A DNA stretch of 32,266 nt from Clostridiales bacterium. Its GTDB lineage: Bacteria; Bacillota; Clostridia; Christensenellales; JAISNN01. Made by a program: the position numbers and the translations under genes. Location: assembly GCA_031273965.1 (NCBI GenBank), contig JAISQX010000058.1:1-32266 (forward strand), given 5' to 3'. Of this stretch, positions 17,211 to 23,200 are shown in pieces. Within the stretch, counting starts at the first letter, position 1, and every line of letters starts with the position of its first letter. The notes under the pieces are model-generated. The model was not told where the DNA came from. It made no database searches and worked only from the letters and a program-made list of their open reading frames with translations.

Positions 17211-18476
17211 ATGTCCGTTAAGCTTGCCGCAGCCATTTTTAATATTCTATCCGTGATAGCCGCGGGTTTATTTTTTTATCCTCTTAACAGCCGCTTGCGC
17301 GTTAACTATTTTGACGAGGCGGGCAACCGTATTGAGAGCGCGGAATATATTTGCAATTATCGCGGAATTACATATAAGGAAGCGCAAAGGATAATAGGCG
17401 TTTTTAAAAAACGCGGACTAAGCGAAAGCGCCGCCGCGGGAGAAATATACGTAGGTCTATACGCCGACCTTAGCCGTTTTGCCGCCGTGTACGGATATGA
17501 CGCGATAAACGCGGAGGCGGAATTTTTTCCGGAGGCGGAAGAACGGTTTAAATATAAGGAAGGAGTTTTTGGAGCGGGTCTGGACGAAAAGAGCGCGATA
17601 GACGCTATTATAAAAAGCGTCGGTAAAAAAAGCGTGGATGTGACGTTGAGAGTAATAAGATACGAACCGGAATATACGGAGGAGCTTTTGAGGGAAGTGA
17701 CGAAGTATAGAGCATCGTATTCGACAAGGTATCCCAATTCAAAACCGGAGAGAAAGAGCAATATAAAGCTTGCGGCAAGCAAACTAAGCGGCGCGGTTAT
17801 AAACCCTAACGACGTCTTTTCATTTAATGAAACGGTCGGTAAAAGAACGGCGGAACGCGGCTTTTTGAGCGCGCCTATAATATTTGACGGACAGCTTGTC
17901 GAGGGCGTAGGCGGCGGCGTATGTCAGGTCTCCACAACGCTCTATAACGCCGCTCTGTACGCGAACCTTGAAATAGTTCACGTCAAACGTCACAGCTCTA
18001 TGGTTGGATATGTCCCTCCGTCGTTTGACGCGATGGTTAGCGAATTAAACGACTTAAAATTTAAAAACAACACCGGATATCCGCTGTATCTGGCGGCGCA
18101 TGCCGACGACGACTTATTGAATATCGTATTTTACGGGAAACCTATGGAAGAAGGGTTAAAGATAAAGCTTAGAAGCCAAGTAAACAAGATAATACCCGGT
18201 ACGGATAAAGTTTTGATAAACGACGGCAGCTATGAGATTCCGGAGAATGAAAAATTCTTGAGGCTTGCGCGAAGCGCAAACGGTTGCGTAAGCGAGGGGT
18301 ATGCCGACTATATAAAAAACGGAACGACGATTAAATCGGTAAAAATAAGAAGCGACGAGTATAAACCTATGCAAGGCTTAATAGTTATGAATGCGACTAA
18401 AAAGGAAGAGCTTGCGAATCCGTCAAAAGCCTTACCGCTTATTCGTGAAAAAATAGGCGGTTGTTTCACGCTTTGA
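17211..18476 (+). CDS. VanW-family protein with an N-terminal membrane anchor
   Basis: I prefer the ATG at 17211 (GGGGGAG SD) over the track's 17190. The TM helix is LAAAIFNILSVIAAGLFFY. The VanW core motif GGGVCQVSTTLYNAAL is present. Confidence 0.88.
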   Translation: MSVKLAAAIFNILSVIAAGLFFYPLNSRLRVNYFDEAGNRIESAEYICNYRGITYKEAQRIIGVFKKRGLSESAAAGEIYVGLYADLSRFAAVYGYDAINAEAEFFPEAEERFKYKEGVFGAGLDEKSAIDAIIKSVGKKSVDVTLRVIRYEPEYTEELLREVTKYRASYSTRYPNSKPERKSNIKLAASKLSGAVINPNDVFSFNETVGKRTAERGFLSAPIIFDGQLVEGVGGGVCQVSTTLYNAALYANLEIVHVKRHSSMVGYVPPSFDAMVSELNDLKFKNNTGYPLYLAAHADDDLLNIVFYGKPMEEGLKIKLRSQVNKIIPGTDKVLINDGSYEIPENEKFLRLARSANGCVSEGYADYIKNGTTIKSVKIRSDEYKPMQGLIVMNATKKEELANPSKALPLIREKIGGCFTL

Positions 18477-18491
18477 GCCGTTTTTATAGAA

Positions 18492-18515
18492 ATTTTTGCG
18501 GTGCGCGCATAAAAT
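18492..18515 (+). repeat. Copy B of the short element flanking the vanW-family gene
   Basis: ATTTTTGCGG-t-GCGCGCATAAAAT, starting 16 nt after the vanW stop. It can fold as an imperfect hairpin, but no U-run follows. Confidence 0.6.
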
Positions 18516-18671
18516 TATAGACGGTACAGAACGCTTAAATGACAGTTTTTTTGTGCCGATTTGAGCGTGAAAAGGCTCTTTAGCGTATTGCGAGAGGCAA
18601 TGCGCTTACAGAATTCTGTAGTATATTATAATCCTTTATCCGCATACATGCGGCGGACTATTAAAAAATAA

Positions 18672-18689
18672 GGTATAAGACCGTTTTTT
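18672..18689 (+). repeat. Conserved 18-mer GGTATAAGACCGTTTTTT, copy 1
   Basis: Identical to 19702-19719. It has a weak hairpin (GGT-ataag-ACC) plus T6, so at best it is a weak terminator. Confidence 0.7.
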
Positions 18690-18724
18690 CTTTTTGTCTA
18701 TACTCTACCGATATGAAATAGGTT

Positions 18725-18754
18725 CTTGTGGTTGCGGGTTGGGAAAACCACAAG
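18725..18754 (+). promoter_or_regulatory. Inverted repeat / hairpin CTTGTGGTT-N12-AACCACAAG, module 1
   Basis: 9-bp arms at 18725-18733 / 18746-18754. The arms TTGTGGT/ACCACAA recur at 19753-19780 with an unrelated centre. Confidence 0.55.
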
Positions 18755-18811
18755 AAAGACGAAATAGCTTTTTAAAAAGCTTTCCGTCAACGGAAAAATA
18801 TATTTTTTCCA

Positions 18812-18841
18812 TTGACACGGGATTATATTATATTTTATAAT
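18812..18841 (+). promoter_or_regulatory. Sigma-A promoter, module 1 (TTGACA-18 nt-TATAAT)
   Basis: TTGACA at 18812-18817 and TATAAT at 18836-18841. It is preceded by the near-palindromic A/T tract GGAAAAATATATTTTTTCC (18792-18810). There is no ORF downstream. Confidence 0.55.
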
Positions 18842-19174
18842 TAAGAACGTAGATAGCCAACGTCGCTATTACGCACAAAAAAGCGATAGACCGGGTTTTT
18901 GGGTTTGTCACAAAAGAAGAAAGTATAACGAGAGAGCGATAACAAGCGGCAGAATCGGTTTTGTAGCCGTCTGCTATAAGACTTGTGTAGACGATATAAA
19001 TAAGAAGAAATATAAAGGAAAGAAAGCTTTTCCTTGCGCGCGTGGCTTTAGACGCGGTGGAAACCGCTTATGCGAAGAGAAGTCAGTAATTAAAGACACA
19101 AGCGGGCGGGGCAATTAAAAGACCGTACAAGCGCAATAACAGGGGATTAAGAAGGGTATAAGTACAAAAAAACA

Positions 19175-19385
19175 AAGCGGATAAGAAACGACGCATAAGA
19201 CAAAAAGGGCAAGAAAGAGACGGCGTTTCGTTGGCGGTTGCAGGGAAGCGGATAAGAAACGACGCATAAGACAAAAAGGGCAAGGAAGAGACAGCGTTTC
19301 GTTGGCTGTTGCATGGAAGCGGATAAGAAACGACGCATAAGACAAAAAGGGCAAGGAAGACGGCGTTTCGTTGGCTGTTGCAGGG
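19175..19385 (+). repeat. Three tandem direct repeats of 71, 71 and 69 bp
   Basis: The unit AAGCGGATAAGAAACGACGCATAAGACAAAAAGGGCAAG(A/G)AAGAGAC(G/A)GCGTTTCGTTGGC(G/T)GTTGCA(G/T)GG occurs at 19175, 19246 and 19317. R1 and R2 differ at 4 positions. R3 lacks 2 nt. Confidence 0.95.
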
Positions 19386-19701
19386 GAAAAAGTAATGAGG
19401 CGTACCCCCGACATACTCAAAGGCTTTTCCGTTTACGGTGGCAAAGGAAGATTCGCGGGCTCAAATAGGGAAGAGATAGAGGCGCAAACAATCTCGGCTG
19501 TGAATAAAAATTATTCGCAGTTTGAATAAGGAAGAAATAAATCCCGTTCGGGACGGCGCGTAAAGGGGTTTTTACGTTTTAGTGCAAGAATGTTTATACG
19601 CGACGAACGGTAAACGAAAAGCGCCTATAAAATCTCAAAGCGTGCGTAAAAAAGATATAGAAGCATATGATAGCGTTTAAACCCCATCGGAGGTCAAGTT
19701 C

Positions 19702-19719
19702 GGTATAAGACCGTTTTTT
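19702..19719 (+). repeat. Conserved 18-mer GGTATAAGACCGTTTTTT, copy 2 (possible weak terminator CGGT-ataag-ACCG + T7)
   Basis: Identical to 18672-18689. Here the stem is 4 bp and is followed by T7. Confidence 0.7.
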
Positions 19720-19752
19720 TAAGAAAAACTATTAATGCAAAAAAACGGCGGA

Positions 19753-19780
19753 TTGTGGTCGGAGAGGAGTGAAACCACAA
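19753..19780 (+). promoter_or_regulatory. Inverted repeat / hairpin TTGTGGT-N14-ACCACAA, module 2
   Basis: 7-bp arms identical to module 1, with the different centre cggagaggagtgaa. It ends 60 nt upstream of the -35 box at 19840. Confidence 0.55.
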
Positions 19781-19839
19781 AAAACATAGGGAAAATTGTA
19801 AAAAATATTCCGAAATGTAAAAAAAATAATATTTTTTTA

Positions 19840-19869
19840 TTGACAACAAGATAAATAAAGGTATATAAT
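19840..19869 (+). promoter_or_regulatory. Sigma-A promoter, module 2 (TTGACA-18 nt-TATAAT), likely promoter of the giant gene
   Basis: TTGACA at 19840-19845 and TATAAT at 19864-19869, preceded by a long A/T-rich UP-like tract. A second TATAAT sits at 19875-19880. Confidence 0.6.
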
Positions 19870-20277
19870 CAAACTATAATTAAATGATTAATGGGAAGAG
19901 GCTCGAATAAAATATAAGGTATAGAGCTGAAAAAATATTCTTATTGATTAGGTACGACGTAAAAAGCGAAGGAGGAATATGTAAAAATTCCGAATGGCAC
20001 TTTGACGCTGAAAAAACTGTAAAAACAAAAAAACGTCGGAGGACGACGATAAAACATGTCGCGCGCTATAAGCGAAGCGTTCGTAATTATACGATATACT
20101 TAAGACACAAGCGCGATAAACGCGCATTACGCGCGACAAGCGAAGCGGAGATATTTAAAAGCCGAAGAGTCGAATAAAAAAGCGGAGATTATCGAGGGAA
20201 AACCTCGTTGATATATAGAAACAAAAAAATTCGGTTAATGGAAACCGAAAAAACAAAAAATTGACTGGAGGTCAGAT

Positions 20278-23200
20278 ATGGGTAAGAATGGGTATGTACA
20301 GCCGGCGGTGCGCGGCGTACACGGCGCGAGAGCGCGCAAGCAAACGCTTTGGGTTTGGGCAGGTATGCTCTTTTTAAGCGTGATGTTTTTATTAGCGTTG
20401 ATGCCCGGCTACACGGGGCATTCGTACGGCGCTGCGGCGGCGGGCGGTCAGGAGATATCGGAGAGCGCCGACGACGGCGACAGCTTCGTCGCCGCGGATA
20501 AAGATATTGGCGATATGACGATAGACGAGATAATATTGTTGTTGGAAACGTCGGCGTCTTCTCCGGAGGGCGAGGTTATTTATGACGGAACCGTGCCCGA
20601 ATATGGCGGACTCACGGAGGGATCGCCTTTTTACATAGTGCTTAGTTCATTGAGAGCTATTCCGGGTATTTTGGAAATAACTATCGATATTCCGGGTTTG
20701 ACAAAGAATGCCGGTGACTATCCTTTTACTACTACCTTAAGGACTAAGCCGGGGTATACCTTTAACGAGGGAACGGCTTCGGCGAGCGATTATACGATAA
20801 ATCCGGAAAAAACCGTGATAACGATACAAAAGGAAGGCATCGAATTTCACATTAAGCCGATGATTTTGGAGCTTTCTCAAAAAACGCCGATCATATCAAA
20901 GACTTACGACGGCTATACGACTCCCGGAACCGCTTTGACTATAAGTAATTTCGGTACATACTTTGATACTCCCGCGTTAGGAGCAGGCGATACGATAGCT
21001 AACGTGTTTGACGTCGGAAGCTGCTATTATAACGATAAGGACGTGGACGACGCGGACACGTTTACGATAAATCTTTCGCTTAAGACGGATAACTATTTAT
21101 TTAAAAATGGCGTGTCGAATTTTGACTTTGACGCGAGTATAAATCCGAAAGCGATAGATTTTGAGATAATAGACGCCCAAAATAAGATATATGACGGCAA
21201 CGCTACGGCGACGCGGGGCGAGCATTTTGATTTGAAATTCAACGGCGCGCACGAAAACATATCCACAACGGATTATATCTTGGACAATGCGTTCTACAAT
21301 AATGCGAATATCGGTAAAAATAGATTTATCACCGTGCAAATCACATTGGCGGATACCAAAAAAATGCATAACTACTCGTTGCCCGTTAACGAGGTATATA
21401 CGGACGCGACGCTTGAGATTGAAACCAATATCAGAGTATCGGAAACCGAGCTGAGAGAGATAACCGACGTCTTGCTTACGGATAAAGAATCGGAATATAA
21501 CGGAATGACCAAATCCGGTATATACGACAGCGCGAAAGCCGCTATTTTTGTGATGTTGAACAAGCCGGGGTTCCCAGAGAAATTGGAAAGTATAGATATA
21601 TCTTTTGCTCCGACGAGTGTTATCGACGCGGGAACGTATACCGTAACCATAGTTATAACTCTTACCGCAGATACAATATTTTCGGACAACAAAGAGGAAA
21701 CAAGGGAATTTACCCGGGTGTTAACAATAACTCCGAAAGTGCTTACCGTTTCCGGTATAACCGCGCAAAACAAAATGTATGACGGGACAAACGTGATAAC
21801 AATAATCACGGACAGTATGAATGTAGGCGGAATAGCCGCTATCGACGATAATAATGAAGCGCTGCTTAAAGTAACGGTTAGAGGCGGCAACGGTCATACC
21901 TTGACCGCCGCTCCGGGAGTGAATAAGACAGTATTTATCGAGCTTGATATAGAGGGTTCGAGAGCGAGTAATTACAGTGACAACGCGACCGCCAACACAA
22001 CGGTGACAATAAGACCTACGGGTCAGGAGGAGCCGGTTGACAATCTTGGTACGTCGCCCAAAATAATCGGGTTAACCGTAGACGAGATAGCCGCGTTATT
22101 TGAAGGCATGGAGAGCGAGTACAACGGACTTGTGCAGAACAATCTCTATAGCGCGATAATAACATATTTACGCAGCCAAGATGGTATAGGCGACATAAAA
22201 ATATCCTTTATTGACGGCATAGAGAAAAATGCCGGAGTATATAATGTGAGGCTAACCTTAACGGCGATCGAAAATCCGGACGAGATTAATGGAAATTTGA
22301 ATCCGATAGCGTATGCCTTCAGCAACGGAGAAGCGGTGCTTGAAATAAACGTACAGTTGACTATAACCAAAAAAGCCTTGACGGTAAGCAACGTAACCGC
22401 CCAAGATAAAGAATACGACGGCAACACGGTTATCGATATGGATACGAACGCCGCGGTGTTTGACGGACAGATACCGACGGACGATTTGACTATATCGGTT
22501 GTGGGCGAAACAGGCTTTACGGCGGACGCCAGCGTGGGCAAGAATAAAAAGGTATATGTGGAACTGACTCTCGGCGGAGCGGATAGAGATAACTACTTAT
22601 TGACGGCGTTGACCGACGTCACGGCGACGATAAGACCTACGGGGCATGAGGAGCCGACGGATCTTCCGGAGACGGAGCACTTATTAGTCGGTTTAACGAT
22701 AGACGAAATAACGGCTTTGTTAGCCGATAAGAGCAGCGAATACGACGGAACCGTGCAGAGCGGATACTACAGCGACATTATAGCGTATTTGGAAAGCGTT
22801 GTCGGTATAGCGGACGTGGACGTCGAGTTTGACAACTTAAAGAAAGACGCGGGCGAATATGACGTTAGATTTACGTTAAAAGCCGACGAAGATCCCGTAA
22901 ATGAGGAAGCGTATGCCTTTAGCGACGAGGAGTCGACTCTTATCATAGACGTAAAGTTTACGGTTGAAAAGAGAGCTTTGAGAGTCACGGGCGGCATAAC
23001 CGCGTATGACAAGACTTATAATGGCGACAACGTGATACCGATCACCGAAAGCGGCGTTAGCTATGACAGAAAAATAACATGGGATGATTTGGTTGCAAGC
23101 GTCCTCGGCGGCGTAGGATATACGGACAACGCGAGCGTCGGAAAGAACAAGCCCGTGTACGTAAAGCTTAATTTTACGGGAGCCGACAGAGATAACTATA

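Larger units (their letters stand above)
18848..19720 (+). ncRNA. Candidate ~0.87-kb purine-rich non-coding transcript (unclassified)
   Basis: It is bounded by the module-1 promoter and by the 18-mer/T-run at 19702-19720. There is no + strand ORF of 60 aa or more. Stops occur in all + frames of the repeat unit. Local hairpins include 19015-19035, 19054-19067 (GGAA loop) and 19498-19520. Transcription is not demonstrated. Confidence 0.3.

Noticed and set aside
17048-18515. Integron-type gene cassette (attC-like repeats) or MITE around the vanW-family gene
   Set aside because: The window has no integrase. The repeats are 24-33 nt without the R''/L''-L'/R' attC organisation or GTTRRRY core, and there are no terminal inverted repeats or target-site duplication.
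19175-19385. CRISPR array
   Set aside because: The 71-bp units are contiguous and nearly identical over their whole length. There are no unique spacers between short repeats, and no cas genes are in the window.
19083-19420. Three overlapping minus-strand ORFs (66, 101 and 63 aa) covering the tandem repeats
   Set aside because: All three antisense frames are open only because the + strand is purine-rich, so the antisense strand lacks stop codons. The repeat period of 71 bp is not divisible by 3, so a repeated peptide cannot be encoded. No SD is visible.
19437-19500. Possible c-di-GMP-I (GEMM) riboswitch: GGCAAAGG ... GGCGCAAACA
   Set aside because: Only two short strings resemble GEMM-I (GGCAAAC.., ACGCAAAGC). 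I could not draw the required P1/P2 hairpins or the GNRA tetraloop/receptor arrangement. This needs cmscan, but by eye it is not supported.
19944-20177. 77-aa TTG-initiated, Arg/Lys-rich ORF in the giant-gene leader
   Set aside because: It has a non-ATG start without an SD and an extreme basic composition typical of an A/G-rich non-coding sequence. I treat it as part of the 5' leader. Ribo-seq could revisit this.
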